Source of the DNA: Tubulanus polymorphus
Lineage: Eukaryota > Animalia > Nemertea
Assembly: GCF_964204645.1 (NCBI RefSeq)
Contig: NC_134029.1
Location: 11,806,850-11,870,849, forward strand
Direction: 5' to 3'
Length of the DNA stretch: 64,000 bases
Made by a program: the position numbers and the translations under genes
In this document: piece after piece, positions 49,690 to 64,000 of the stretch
How positions within the stretch are numbered: the stretch's first letter is position 1
Layout of the letters: the number at the start of each line of letters is the position of its first letter
The notes under the pieces: model-generated
Databases searched by the model: none
What the model was told of the DNA's origin: nothing
The model's input: only the letters and a program-made list of their open reading frames with translations

Positions 49690-51216
49690 TACATAACTAC
49701 CCAACAAAGCGTCGGATTTTGACGACGTAAATATCTTGACTGACGCAAATAGCGTTGAACGCTGCCTCCGTTTTTGGCCTTAGGATAGCAAGCTCAGTCT
49801 ATCTACGCACAATTGTGACTGGAAAGTTGCCTCTTGACATCAGTCTCATCAAAAACTACCAAAAACCTGATCGTGACAATGTAAATAAAACCCGATCAAG
49901 ACTGTATGTATGTAAGTGTACAAACATGAATTCAATATTCACGTGTCTGTGCCGCTTTCTTACTGACGGTCTATCAATACGCATAGCACTGTCCGTTTGA
50001 TTGCGATACATTCACGGACCTAACTATGCACTGTATATTAGAAACACATAACTGCTCCCAGTGTAAAACTTTTACTTTTAGGCAAATTCAGCACCAGATG
50101 TGAAGTACCAACTGCGCACCCCTTGACGGAGAAACCCATCCTCATCGGAGCTGCACCGTCGATGTCATACAACTACACTTCGGATACCCCAGGGCTATAC
50201 TCTCATCTGGAAAATTTGCGTTTCGAAATGTGCTTTCTTCCTGCGCGGGATCATCAACTTAGAGGACTTCTACATCAACATCTACCCGAGAAAAAACGAC
50301 AATAAACTACCGGACTATTTACACGTAGAAAACGACCAAACAATATAAAAATGGACAAAATGATCTTAAACCTTGTAATATAGCTATTTTCCAGAATCTC
50401 AATGTATTAAATTAGGCAGCCAGAAAAATTCATCCCAATCAGTCGCTTGCCGGTTCAGACTGAATGGAAGATTATTTGGATGAACCGGAACCGAATTTCC
50501 AATTATGTACTCTGATTTAAAAAAACATACCGGTACTGTTAACTCGACCGCCGATCACATAACTAAGCTGTACTTCGATTTCCGATTTCAAAATCAAACC
50601 CCCTGTTTCGCTCCCGGCAGGTGTGGTGGGTCTGGAAGGGACACTCAATCGAAAAATCAAACGAAATTTACCAACCAAATTAATAAATAACGGGGACAAT
50701 CCCTATTTAAAGATAAAAAATAGCATTGAATTTTTACATGTGTAATTTTGGAAAGTTAAAGATGCTGCATGAAAAATGTGCTCAAATAAACTGAATTTTT
50801 GACCTTTTTGGTAAATTTCCCAAAAATATGAAACCCACGGCTTTTAACTTTGCGTACCATAAAGAAAAACAAATTACAAAATATTTTTGGTTAATCCGTT
50901 CAATTCGCCCTAGTTGTGAAATTTACAAGCTACTGAAATAGCGTTTGAGTGTGGTAAAAAGAGCCTTATTGCGCGTAGTGTATTAAGCATACCAATGATT
51001 ACCGATCGACCAGACCGTTTTACTACGCTTGCTAATGCGAGCCAAAAACATTATTTTAAAAATACTACATGGAATTCCTGGAATTTTACAATCCAAGGTT
51101 GCCATCAATGTCTGATTATCAAAGAGGTCTGAGAAACAGGGTGTTCTTTTGGTATGGCCTTACTTACGTTTTTTTCGATTTATGAAATTTTAAAATAAAT
51201 TTTTTTTGTTGAAATA

Positions 51217-51676
51217 CAGAACTGGTGTAACTCGGACTCGTTGGGACAACGGGAAAATGTCCGACTTAGAAAAATTCCGATTATGAGTAAGTCGGATTTT
51301 GGGGGTTTTCCAAGAAAAATCCGAGTTAGCTACAGATTAAGACCTTAAACCCTAACAACTGAGTGACACGAGGTCATTTCTCTATTCTATAGCCGACTAC
51401 TATTGTAACACGTGTCCGTCGACGGAAAAATCGATCCACCGGTGTATAATAAATGCTGCGCGCCGCAGTGACGATCTATTTGAAAAGAACTGAAATTAGC
51501 CGAGATTTAAAAATGTTTTGCTTTGAAACTTTCGAAACATATTATTCTAGCCGACTTAGCTGAATTTCCGACTTCTAGAATCCGACTTTGAGACATATTT
51601 TGACAGGAAAATGAACTGAAAAATCTTGGGATCTCGGCAGACTTCGCCGATTTTCCGACTTACGCCAGTTCTACTG
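51217..51676. mobile_element. Tc1/mariner(pogo)-type MITE
   Basis: ta|cagaactggtgtaactcgga...tccgacttacgccagttctactg|ta. Confidence 0.65.
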
Positions 51677-52137
51677 TATTTGGATATGTTGTAGATAGGT
51701 GATAAAAATAAATACTAAATCTATCAATAAATTATAAATTGAATTGGTTCAGGTCTCAGGCTGCTGTGGACCTAAAATGCTGTAATGACAGGATATCCGT
51801 GACAAACATTGCAACACCTATGCCAACCATAGTTATGCAACCTACCTGTGGTAAATCATAGTATGATTATACATTGGTCAAATTTTTTGTGCATGTGGGG
51901 TTTTTTTGCAGGGGCGGATCTAGCCTAAGTTTCTTCCAGAGTACTGCACAGCTGTCGAAGGGCAACAATATCATAGAAACTTGCAATGCTCTGAAATGCA
52001 ATCTGGATGAATTTCGGGCATCAAACCATTCTATGTATCCACAAAATATGAAATTTTGACACGTAGAAGAAAAATCATTTACAAGAAATAAGAAGTTTAC
52101 CCCATTTTCGATTATTCAATTTGGCAATTCTAAATTA

Positions 52138-52615
52138 CAGCCAAAGCTCGTTATAATGCCAGCCCGGGACCTTCAAAATTTTGACGGTGTAACGAATGTG
52201 GCGGTATAACGAAATGTCGATCGTGAGAATTGTAACACAGTTTACAAGATGTATCTTTATCGAATCCAGAATTGGACATTATTTGACATTAGTTGATCTT
52301 AATTTAGGAAGGGTAAAGCTTATTTCATTTAGAAAATAGAAAAAATTGTGTGTGATACTGCCGACCAGATGTATCGATTCTTATCCAAAAGACTGGAAAC
52401 GTCATTTGACGAAATATCGTGTTGGCAGTATGACGAATATTTTCTCTATGGGGATGAGTTTGAGAAGTACTGTTCTAGGATTTCGTTGGCGTTATGGCGG
52501 AGAGTGCGAGGTGGTATAACGAGAGCTGTTTACATACATAAAGATATCAAATGAACTTTTCTGCACAAGGAAATTCTTAGCAATAAGCGAATTTGGCGGT
52601 ATAACGAGCTTTCTA
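52138..52615. mobile_element. Tc1/mariner(pogo)-type MITE, within possible hAT-like ends (51909-52658)
   Basis: cagccaaagctcgttata...tataacgagctttc; outer caggggcggatc / gatccgcccctg without a clear TSD. Confidence 0.5.
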
Positions 52616-53715
52616 TAATCGTGAGTACCACTGAAGCAATAGGCCGGATCCGCCCCTGAATTAAGTTTCATCGTACTGTGCATGCGTTTCGATTGGACAT
52701 GGTTTCATCGTCTATATAAAGTTCTTGTTTCAACTTACTGTAGATTTAAACTCAATGCCAGGGCAAGAATTCTATTTTCCAGCTACACTGAAGGATTGAT
52801 TGGGGCAACAGCTGTGCACATAAATTCAACAATGTTTCATAGATATCATATTCTTATATCTGATCCTTAAAAGTAGAACTCGCCCGAAAGTTTGTTTTGG
52901 AATCAAACCAGTTTTAAGAAGTACTTCGTTAGCACTAACGTAATTCTTAATGCAAAACTTGCACTTCTTGAACAGCATTGCATAGATTTGATCTGCTTGC
53001 ATTATGCACAATACATTACATAGTAGAACAATTAACAACACGATTACATTATATGGATGTACGAACACGTATGGACAGACATATGTTTCCAGTTTTACAA
53101 CAGTCCCATAGCATCTAAATTCAAACAAAATCAATGGAACAAATTGCATCCTATCTACATCATGCCGCCAAATTAATGAAACTACATGTACGCAGTGTAT
53201 AGTCTAAAGTTTTATTTGCAATTTTTGTACAGAGGCAAAGATATGAAATCCATCATCTGGTCCATGAATAATTAATTCATTTTAAGAAATCTATGGAATA
53301 ACTAATAAAAATAGTGTTTTAAAGGAAAACATCAGGAAAATAATAGCGATTTCAACTGAACATATAAAAAAATGATCTGGTTGGAGAAAAGGTACACAGT
53401 CAAAAGTTTCCAATTCGATAATTACTTATTCAATTAATTCAAATGATAAACCAGTCCCTATTAACATTAGTTCAAGTGTGTTCCCCAAGAATAATACATA
53501 ACAGGTCAGGTGGAGGTCACTAGTAAATATTATTAAATCCAAAATGTTCTTTTGAACAATAATACAAGAATATACTGTGTCCATGTCATACAAGCATGCA
53601 CACTGTATGCGTATTACACTATACTATGTGTGCCACCTAATACAGATATTTCAGAAATAGAACAGTTCAATTTTACAGTTTCAAACCAGATAACCAGACT
53701 GATGGCAACCATTAC

Positions 53716-55115
53716 AACTACGGGTCCAGGGACATCATGCCCACTTGGGAAGTGGTTTCAAATGCACAACAATCTAAGTATTTCAATATTCAAAGCCCCC
53801 TGGTGAACATATAAAAAAGCAATGCCCTTGGACCTCACCACAATCATAGAACATGTCAGCAGCTACGATTTTGAAATTGATTGCGGTAACAAACTATGCC
53901 TAGGTACCAATATGATAAGGATATACTAAGTTATTCGACTATTCAACGCCCCCCATGACCATATAGAATAACTAATGTCCTTAAAACTCACCACAATCAT
54001 ATACGATGTCATGAGCTACATTTTGCAATTGATTGTGATACCAAAATATGCCTCGATATCAATTTAATATGGAAATACTAAGTTATTCTTCTATTCAATG
54101 TCCCCTGGTGACCATATGCAAAACCCAATGACCTTGAAACTCACCACAATCATAGAACATGTCATGAACTACAACTTTGCAATTATGGTAACAAAATATG
54201 CATAGGTACCAATATACATGTAATAAGGAAATACCAAGTTATTCTTCTATTCAATGCCCCTGGTGACCAGAAAACTGATGTCCTTAGAACTAACCACAAT
54301 CATAGATGATGTCATGAGCTACAACTTTGCAATTGGTTGTGGTAACAAAATATGCATAGGTATAGATATAATATAGAAATACTAAGTTATTGTATTATTC
54401 AACGCTCCCTGGTGGCCATATACAAAAACCAATGACCATGAAAATCACCAAAATCATAGAACATGTTATGGGCTACAACTTTCCAATTGATTATGGTAAC
54501 ACAATATGTTTAGGTATCAATTTAATGTGGAAAAACATTTTCCCACCTACGAATGAGTACTGATGACACGAAGATGGCCGCCAATTGCGTCATAATTGGC
54601 TGATCAAAAATGCCTGTCCCAGGTATAAAACATTCCTTTCCAAAGAATACCCATCACAAATTGCAATGAGAAATAGTAAACCAGTAGAAAGCTACAGGAC
54701 TCAAAATTCGGGCCAAAATAGACATTTATGGGCACTTAATAGGACGGCCATAGGACGGCCATCTTGAGTCTGATCGACCTTAGATTTTTCCTACGCTAAT
54801 GGGCCATTGGGGGATTCAGATATATACGAAAGATCAAGGTAATTGATCAAAACATCTTCAAAATTTCCCTCAAAAAGTTCAAAAATGTGTAAAAAGTGCC
54901 GATTTTGGCGAACAACAATGGCTACCAGTCGGCCATCTTGATTCTGACAGGGCCAGTTTTTGGACTGAAGATGTGTCTAGGGTAGATACACGTGTAACCC
55001 AAAAATCAAGACATTACATTAAAGCGTCTTCAAAATAACTGGATTCTGTCTACAACAGACGGATGAAAAGTGAAAGCAATAGCCCCCTGGGACTTAGGTC
55101 CCAAGTGGGCTAAAA
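53716..55115 (-). mobile_element. HINE family A copy
   Basis: Reverse complement of 8219-9434 with an additional central unit. Confidence 0.8.
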
Positions 55116-56197
55116 ATGACCCCAAACCCCTTCTATTGACATCATTTGTTTTCCAAAATAAATAAATAAATACACTGTGTAAACCCAGCCACAATAAAAT
55201 AGTAATCCCAGCCCTCAAGTTTTAGTATCATTATTTTTTAAATAATTTTCTTTAAGAGTTGTATATACACACTGGCTTAGTATGGTAATGAAGTACAGGG
55301 CTTAGCAAGTGCAAAAAGATTTCTGAAATGAAAATCTGAATCATTTTCTGAGCATCTAGAGCAATTATAGAACGAAACTACCATGCAATAATGTCATCAT
55401 GGCAAAAAATAGCCCAACCCCTTAACCTGCCCCTGCACAACTACAAATAAAGCAAAACACTAAATTGACCTAGTAATATGACAAATCTAGTCAATTATAC
55501 TACAAGTAATTAGTGGTCAAATGTACTTAAAGCATCGTAAACCTCACCTAACTCGCACAAACTGGGACCAGTGGTCCAAGGTAAGTGATGCCGTAGTTAA
55601 GGATTATAATATAAAATATTTAGTTTTTGTCATTAGAGTTTAAAAAGTCTGAGTTGCCATGTCCAGGTAGGACATGGTTTACCGGGTACTGTAATTAGTT
55701 TTGAACAATACTTGAACAGAATGAGTGAATTGAAAAGGTCAGTTCACTAATTAGCTAGGTTGACACGTAACCGCTGTTCACTTAAGGGAGGTAAATTGAA
55801 CCTTTTTTCCAAGAAAAAGTGTTTACCATATGGTATTTAGGTACTTATGTTCGTATGCGAGATATTTTGACGAATTCAGTACCAAAAAGGTATGATACTT
55901 GCTAAGCCCTGAATCTTGTGTGAACATCACTGTAAGAGTTGATTGTGAAGTTGGTTAGAGTTGGTTCTTAGTGGAATGGTTTACCAAGACTACCCATTTA
56001 GGAGATATAGCCACAATACATTTCTCTCATGAAGTTGTAAACGTACCACATCACAATTCTCAAACGGATACTATGTAAATCACAGTTTACTGTGTTCACT
56101 TTTTTCTATATACAAAATATAATTAAATATAATATACATTTCTTTTATACTCATATATTTGTTTTTTTAAACATTCAATTAAATCTCCATAAAGAGA

Positions 56198-57227
56198 AAA
56201 TAAATTGCCCATGAGCAAAGTGTGGTTTACCTTGAAAGCTAGAGGTTGTTTGGAGTAAGGGCATTGCTTGAAAAATCTTTTTAATTTGTGACTTCAAAGT
56301 TCTAGAAGTTTATATTATATTTATAATTGTTATTGGTCTACGTCCAAAATTTCGTAGGGTACAGGTAGGCGCGGCAGGGAAACTATTTAAATATTTTCAA
56401 AAAAACATTTTTCACAATATGAAAAAATATTCAAATGAAATTCATATGTCACAGGGTGGTGAAACCTCTCCCAATGTATGGCCGCGGAAGCTATAACACC
56501 GGGGCGTAGTATTAGATCGTTTTAAATCCTGGAATTTACCACTACATTATTCAGACCTCGACCTATACCTATAGATTGCTGCTTAGTATTTTCAGGTCAC
56601 AAGAAATCACAATTTATTACAAATTCTATCAAACAGAAAACACATCACTCATCTTCTGTTAGGACGATTATTCAGCCTGTTATCATACCAAACCACGCGC
56701 CAAGCAGCGTTACAGCATCACCATATAGTAGTCTGTACGAGCGTGTGTTTGTGTGTTTAGCACTCCCATGCACATGGAGGCCTTGTGTAGTGAACGTTCG
56801 CTTCACTTCAATCTCAATCAACACAATCACCGGGTATTAAAATGAAACAATACCTATGGCGATATGTGAAATAATTATATTGTTGCCAGCAATGAGCATT
56901 TAAAATTTGTACATATATGGCACCTAGTTTAATGAAATGTTCGCCATTAACGTTCGCCCAAAAACAGCCAATCACATTCGCTCGGAGATGATGCCGCCCC
57001 CCGAGGCCATTGCAATTTTATACGCATGAGCTAAGAATTTTCCCGCCAAAAACAGTTTTTCGTCGAATTTAAACAAAGTTGACCATATCATTGATAGAGG
57101 TTTGTCATGCCTTCAATCGCATCGATTATATGTCGTTTAACCCGAGAACCATAAAAAAATGTACCGCGATTTTACATGAATTGGCTCAATGCCAACCTCA
57201 TACTGCTGACAAAGGTAAACCAAAAAA
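56198..57227 (-). mobile_element. HINE family C copy, internally shorter
   Basis: Reverse complement of 39442-41072, lacking about 40260-40730. Confidence 0.75.
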
Positions 57228-59165
57228 TACTTGAGCCTGAACTTAAGAGATTTTTACGTATACTTAATACAGTTCATGCTGATATAATACAGACTAGACC
57301 AACCCATCACACTGGTTGGTTCAGTGTTCAGGTCCTCTTCAATTGTTATGCCTTAGGCGAAACTTATCATAACATATACCATATATAGTGATGTTTTTAT
57401 GCTAAAATGTAATTTTCCAACATGTTTCAATGGTAATGACCTATCACAAAGTTTTTCCAATTGCCAGGCCCATCGGAAGCAAATCTGAAATGGCATGGCC
57501 CATCCATCCAAGACTATATTAAGGAAACTGCTTAGAAAACAGATTCAAAGAATTCACATTGATTACAAAAACATTTAAGAACAATGGTAGTCTTGTAAAG
57601 CAATATATAAATCAGAATTTTCGTCCTATTGAATCAAACTCAAGTTCTCAAAACCATTTACTGTTTCAATAATTTCGTTTAACAAAATTCTCGACGGGAA
57701 AAGAAAATGTTCAGGGGATGATGTCATCAAGAGCGGCTCCAGGAATTTAGATAATAGGCCCAAAAAACTTCCAAGGCCTAGTTGTATATACATTGAGGTA
57801 CATGAAGTACGAGGAACAAAACCTATCGGGGGCTTTGGAGCCCTCCCCCAAGAAAATGTGATTGTGAAAAAAATTGATCATCTTTCTAGATTGATTCGAA
57901 AACAAAAATACCATCCATTAATGTCAGCAAGAAATAGGGGTGCCCCTCCCCCTTCATCCACCCCATACTACATACTTTTTTACTTAGGCTAATCAGTGTG
58001 CATACATTTAAACTCAATGCTCGAACCACTCAATGACACACGCGCCTCTCTTAAAGAGCATATGCTATCAAAATGGAATATTGTGTAAAATTCATTTTCA
58101 ATTGTGATGTATTCACAAATATCAAATATGGAATTGGTTTGAATTTTAGTTCAGCCATTACTGAGAAATATGACTATTAAATCGGAAATTTCAGTGTGTG
58201 CTCACTGTTTTTGTTTACCTTAGCAGGAGCGTGTTTCTGACGTCATCTCTGACAAACGCTCGCGGCTTCCAGTCATTACATTAGACATTTCATGCGATAT
58301 TTTATCATTTTGGGAGTGATTTGAATTGATAAACTCTTACCATTGTATAGTGTTGCTACCGTTGTATATGACATGATAATCGTATATAAGTGAGTAGCGC
58401 TGTAGGTCAGTGAATACAGTGAACAAATGGTGTTTATTTATCAATTATACATAGGCTTCGGAAAGTACAATTTTGATGGCATTTGCCCTCTAATGCTCCT
58501 TTGCATTATATTTTTTAAATATGATGAAAAAAATATATGAGGCAGCATTCATTGTATATAGGCTGTCGTGTAATTCAGTGCATAGGCCTTACTATTGAGA
58601 GTGGTCAGGCCTATATGCGATCATGGAGGGTGCTTCCGACGGCCCTGATTACTTATAACTTCATGTTATGGTTAGCATCAGTGCACTGTAATTAACCTGA
58701 ATTGACACAAGGAATTTGAGAAACCTGAATGCTGAACAAATTTGGCATGAAGCAGGTCAATATTGACAGGGCTTTCATATATTGTAGAGAAGTTTTCTTT
58801 TCCAGGTGAATCCTTGAAAGGAGATGAAATATGAACATTCAAATAAAACTTAACACCATAACCAATTTTTCAATCCACGATAATTATATCGGATAAAATA
58901 TGCAGTTTTAGACTTACAGAGAAATTAAATAACTCGCACCTTACTTTGAAACAGTCCTTGCATTATTGTTGATTAGTTTTTGTTCATCATTTGTTGTTTT
59001 TATTTTTCAACTGATGGATTAAATTAAGTTATTATCGCATGAAGTGAGTACATCAACAAATATCACATTCGTCCATATAATCATGATTCATTACGAAATA
59101 ATAAACAAGAGAACATATTTAGTAGTCGTTGTATATAATCCATCCGTTCCATTCAAAGCATTTCA

Positions 59166-59597
<432 letters not shown>

Positions 59598-60299
59598 TTA
59601 TCAACATATACAATATTTATATGTTGAACCAACTATACATGGCCCCCAACACACCCCTAAAACATTTTTCCCACATTTGTACCAATAAAAGTTCAGTCAT
59701 ATGTGGCCTCTTCTGTGGTTGAAGGACTCAATCTCAATGGGCACAGGATAGCTAGCTTTCCGAAATACCAAATTGTATCTACTCAAATGGCAAGGGAGAA
59801 CAGATCATATACCGCATAACCTAATATTCACCAATACTGTAACTAGGGGTGCAGGGACACCATGCCCATGTGGTGAAATACTTGACAATCTGAAAATCTT
59901 AATAAAGTCAACCTTGCATAAGTTGCCTTGCTATAAGCCGCACACTCATCAAAGTCGCACAAAATCTAACAAGAAACGAAATTCTCAATATGGACTTTCC
60001 TAAATTTACATGAGTGTATGTTTAATCAGCATCAAAATTGACCATTGGTACTCTAGATTAGAGATTATAAGCAGAACAAATGAAAAATAGTTAAAACTAT
60101 TGAATTGAATTCAAATGATGGGAGAAGACTGACTTTTTACAGACAATTAGATAGAAAATAAGGACGGAAAATATCAAGAAAAAAATGTCCTTTTCAAATT
60201 ATGAATGGAAAGGGATAACTATCTTCAGCATGAAGTTTTTGGCAGAATTACAGAGAATCTGTGCTCCATTCAATTCTTGTTTACTTTACATTTCTTTAC

Positions 60300-61365
60300 A
60301 TTAAGTAATTTGAAATATCTTATTTTGAGTATTTAGAGTTGAAATATTACTTTTGAGTTATGATATTTTGATTTAAGATGGTGTGATTTATTGCTTCGAG
60401 TATAATATTTTCCACAATTACATAAAACACTTTCATTAGGATTATATTTAGGCGTAACAATTTCATTATCTAAGTTACATTGAATTCCAACATCTTTATA
60501 TGATTTTTCATTATCTAATTCACATTGAATACCAATATTTGATGAATTTTCATTATAGATAATTTGTTTATTATCAAAATTGAAATAATATAATTGTCTT
60601 TTTTCAATTCTTAAGTAAATCAAATCATTGTAATCTTTAGAAAGTATTAAATCATCATTTCTTTCATTGAAAGGAGTTTTAAGAATATTTATTATGTTTT
60701 CATCTAAAGTTCCTTTAAAATTTAAAACTGTATTGAATATTTTAGGATTTTTGATTCCATTATCAAAAGTATCAATTAGTTTAGTAATTAAATATGTTTC
60801 ATTTGATAATATTTGATTAGTTACAGTAATATTTTCAATTTTATAATGTCTTGCGGACACTAAATTTGTTGCTGAAATATAATTTTTAATGTTAAACTGT
60901 GAAAATGATTTATTGGTTTCATTGATTTCGATTTTAAAGTTGGGTTCTTCTTCTTTCTTCATTTTTATAACAAAATTTTTATTAAAACTCATTCAAATAT
61001 AAATATTCAATGTTTTAAATATGAATTATTTCACTCGTTAATTACTCGTTACTTTTTATATTAAAAATCAAGAATTTAACACATATAAATATTCACTGTT
61101 TTAAATATGAATTATTTCACTCGTTAATTACTCGTTACTTTTTATGTTTAAAAATCTAACTCATACAAATATAAATATTGAAATATGTTTAAAATATATC
61201 TATATATCTATTCTATAAGAGCTCGTACTCTCGTACTCTGATCTGAAAGCCTACTTTCCCTATTACTTATATATGTTATTCATTTATATTTTATCCATGT
61301 ATATGAATATTTTTAGAGTAATAGGGGTAATGGGCTTTCATATCAAAGGTTGAATGGTTGAGAAA
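60300..61365 (-). mobile_element. Polinton-related terminal remnant inside a GOLPH3 intron
   Basis: 61219-61267 reverse complement agtaatagggaaagtaggctttcagatcagagtacgagagtacgag matches the Polinton 1 TIR; subterminal repeats are shared with 370-560. Confidence 0.7.
60333..60992 (-). CDS. Polinton-associated hypothetical protein with a C-terminal CxCG...H...H zinc finger
   Basis: Open 219-aa ORF; paralog at 41227-41897; VLCNCGKYYTRSNKSHHLKSKYH. Confidence 0.6.
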   Translation of the reverse strand: MSFNKNFVIKMKKEEEPNFKIEINETNKSFSQFNIKNYISATNLVSARHYKIENITVTNQILSNETYLITKLIDTFDNGIKNPKIFNTVLNFKGTLDENIINILKTPFNERNDDLILSKDYNDLIYLRIEKRQLYYFNFDNKQIIYNENSSNIGIQCELDNEKSYKDVGIQCNLDNEIVTPKYNPNESVLCNCGKYYTRSNKSHHLKSKYHNSKVIFQL

Positions 61366-62870
61366 TTTTCCAAATGTGAAATAACAATAATTTCTACTTG
61401 AATTAGGAGTGTACGCGACTAATTCAAGTAGAAAATATAGCTGCCAAGCAGCGATGACGGGTTTTCTGCAAAGCCATTCAGAAAGATGGGAATTATAGTA
61501 AATTGAAATATCGATACATAGAATAAAATACATTGACAGATTCGAACCTAATATGCTACCACTGTGTAAACGTCAAATATGATTCAGCTTTGAAACCGAA
61601 CATACACGGACGTACAATCAACAAATATTAATTCATTTGGCCAGGCATTAATCTTGGCATTCAAACATCATGATACTGTATTATCACCATGCTTAAAAAT
61701 GGATCTGTCCTATTAAGAACTCATTTGAAGCACCTGCTGAGTCGATAGATTGAGTGAATTTACAGATAAGAACGTATTATGATTTAGAATAGATTTAAGA
61801 AGTTAATGTTTTTATTGAAATATTTGAATAAAAACATATATTGTAGAGTAGATTCAATCAATAAATTATGAATTGATCTGGTCTGGGTTTCCGGCTGATG
61901 TTGATTTTGGCTTTTATGGATTACAAATTCTATAGTGATAAACAATTGATACCTGCAACATGTGTGTAAATCAAACCTATTCCACTAGTTGCGTGTGTTT
62001 CCTAACAAACGGGAGAGTCACTCTTGATCTGAGTTATTAGAAAAATAATGTTCATTTCGTTATAGAAATTCGTTGCCTTTTTGGAAATTCTGTAATAATA
62101 TTTGTTCTGTCCTAATTTTTATTACTGTATGAACCAATGATATGCTTTGTAAATATGATGTAATAAAATAAATTTGAATTTGAATTAAATTTGAACATGA
62201 GAATCAAGCATAACTTGTGTTTTTTCAACTCGTCTTTTGTTCCAGAGTTTCAATTACAATCAAATCCAAATTGGCTAAAAAGTACATAGGACTAAATGAA
62301 ATGAACCGTTAGTTACTGCAAACCTATTCCAGTGTTATGTCGATCGTGTTGAATCACTTTCCTTGAGTGGAAAGAATCAGATCTTCTATGGTGCAACATC
62401 GGTCGAAGAGAGATATCTTGGTGTTGACTGTCCTTGACCATCTAACTTCATGCGTTTGACATTGGAATCAGCATCATACCCATTTAAACTGCAAAATATT
62501 CATACAACATGAAAACCTACAGTACATGTATACAGTAATCAAACTTTCACCGATGTTGGATATTTGAATGAACGTTGGGCTTATTTCAGTATTCTAAAGC
62601 AGGAAATAATAAGCCCAATAAATAGGCCCTATTCCCATTGGAACAATTGTATAATGCGTACGCTGTACCGTACACTTATCAGTCAAGAATGGAGAAATCG
62701 GTATACCAAACCTACGAACAGCAAAATGTACAGGCCTACAATGATTTCTGGTATACAAGCCGTGACCACATTGACTATTAATGTCAGCAGGTCAGAGAAG
62801 GCCTGGCCAAATTTAATCACATGGCTCAAATCAATTAGCCTTTCTGCGTGTGAATACTTCACTGTATTGT

Positions 62871-63038
62871 GGGATCATTCATTTATTACGTACGCATTAA
62901 GGGAGGGGGGAGGGGTCAGGGTCAGGGCAATTACGTACTGTAATGCTTAATGTACATGAAAAAATGGCAGATTTTGCGTACAGAGGGGGAGGGGGTGAAA
63001 TAATCAAATTTTATGCGTACATAATAAATGAATATTCC
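62871..63038. mobile_element. Short Harbinger-like MITE
   Basis: gggatcattcatttattacgtacgc...gcgtacataataaatgaatattcc. Confidence 0.55.
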
Positions 63039-63249
63039 TGTTTTAAAAATAGGCCTATCGAGTGAATTAGTACATAGACTGAATTAGACTTTAGGCTAGT
63101 CCTGGCCAAATCCTATCCATGTTATAATTGCACCAGTTATAGCAACATCATTGTAGAAGGATGACCGCCGACGAGAGGGAAAAAGTTGTTTGTAGTACAT
63201 AGGCATGGTAGGCTTGTCGTACTCACTTAATACCCGGTACTTAAAACGC

Positions 63250-63722
63250 TGTTGTTACCTGTACGTGACTGTACGGTGATTTCTACAGGTTAGCCGTATG
63301 TGAGTATGTTGACGCTCAGACTTGAAATATTGGGATTCGTAACCAAACGAAAAAAAAATCCAGTTGTAGTCCAGTGATTTACCCGTGCCACAGAACGTAA
63401 CTGCAGGGTGGATGAAATTTGATTTACAAATAGCCTAGCCTCACCTAACCCAAACTCTATTCTTTCACGCATGCACGTTTGCAGATTATAGGAACTCACT
63501 TAGGGCCTTTTTAGGGAACTCACGTACGGTTAACCTGTGGATATCACCGTACAGTCACTGGCACGTACGGGTAACAACTTCGTACTTAAAAAATGGTATT
63601 GGCTACTAGAGGAACTCACGTAGGGTACGGCGTTAGTAGGGAACTCACGTACGGTTAACCTGTGGAGATCACCATACAGTCACGTACGAGTAACAACTAC
63701 GTACTTACTGGTATTGGCTACT
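63250..63722. repeat. Inverted and tandem about 55-100-bp repeats
   Basis: 63250-63305 is the reverse complement of 63518-63578 and 63643-63697. Confidence 0.6.
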
Positions 63723-64000
63723 ATATAATAGGCCTATAGACAAATAAATACCCGTACTGCGGCGCGGTAGGCTTTCTTAGCTTCCACACTTCACAACCGA
63801 ACCAACTGACCAACCAGTATATTTATTCCCAGTACGCACCAACCGGTACAGGCCTAACTGTTTGTCAACTGTGTGTACCGTAGTAGGCTATCGATAATCA
63901 CCTGATACTTTTCTGTCGTTTGTTTTCTCTCTGAGACGAACGTAATTCTCGCAGCCCTCCGCGACTCAACGACCTTGATTTAAACTTGATCAATTCAAAA

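Noticed and set aside
57465-58647. Possible hAT MITE (caggcccatcggaagc / gcttccgacggccctg) with a nested TTAA-type element near 58051-58493
   Set aside because: No matching TSD and only short degenerate ends.

Overview
AT-rich, repeat-dense nuclear DNA of an invertebrate animal. The only clear host gene is the last coding exon of GOLPH3 (59166-59590, minus strand). The window is dominated by Polinton/Maverick (adintovirus-like) endogenous viral elements. One copy is complete (11679-28202): imperfect TIRs beginning AGTAATTGG, a perfect 6-bp TSD (GACACG), and decayed genes for protein-primed PolB, major and minor capsid proteins, rve integrase, packaging ATPase and a VLTF3-like factor. A second copy is truncated and rearranged (about 29260-37292), and four further terminal remnants are present. 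Two observations stand out. (1) The PolB carries an about 355-aa LAGLIDADG-containing intein inserted exactly in motif C (YFD|TDA, the Pol-c site), resembling giant-virus PolB inteins. (2) Fourteen Polinton genes start with the poxvirus-late-promoter-like TAAATG, often after a T-run. Together with the VLTF3-like gene and an NCLDV-type HNH nuclease on a related remnant, this suggests (inference) a virophage-like Polinton that depends on a cytoplasmic large DNA virus. Also present: a 3-kb long-TIR non-coding element with 2-bp TSDs inserted in both Polintons and carrying a hammerhead-type cassette, a Penelope-like element with a minimal hammerhead ribozyme, several Helentron-type (HINE) repeats and small MITEs. 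Family assignments come from motif recognition by eye, not database searches.
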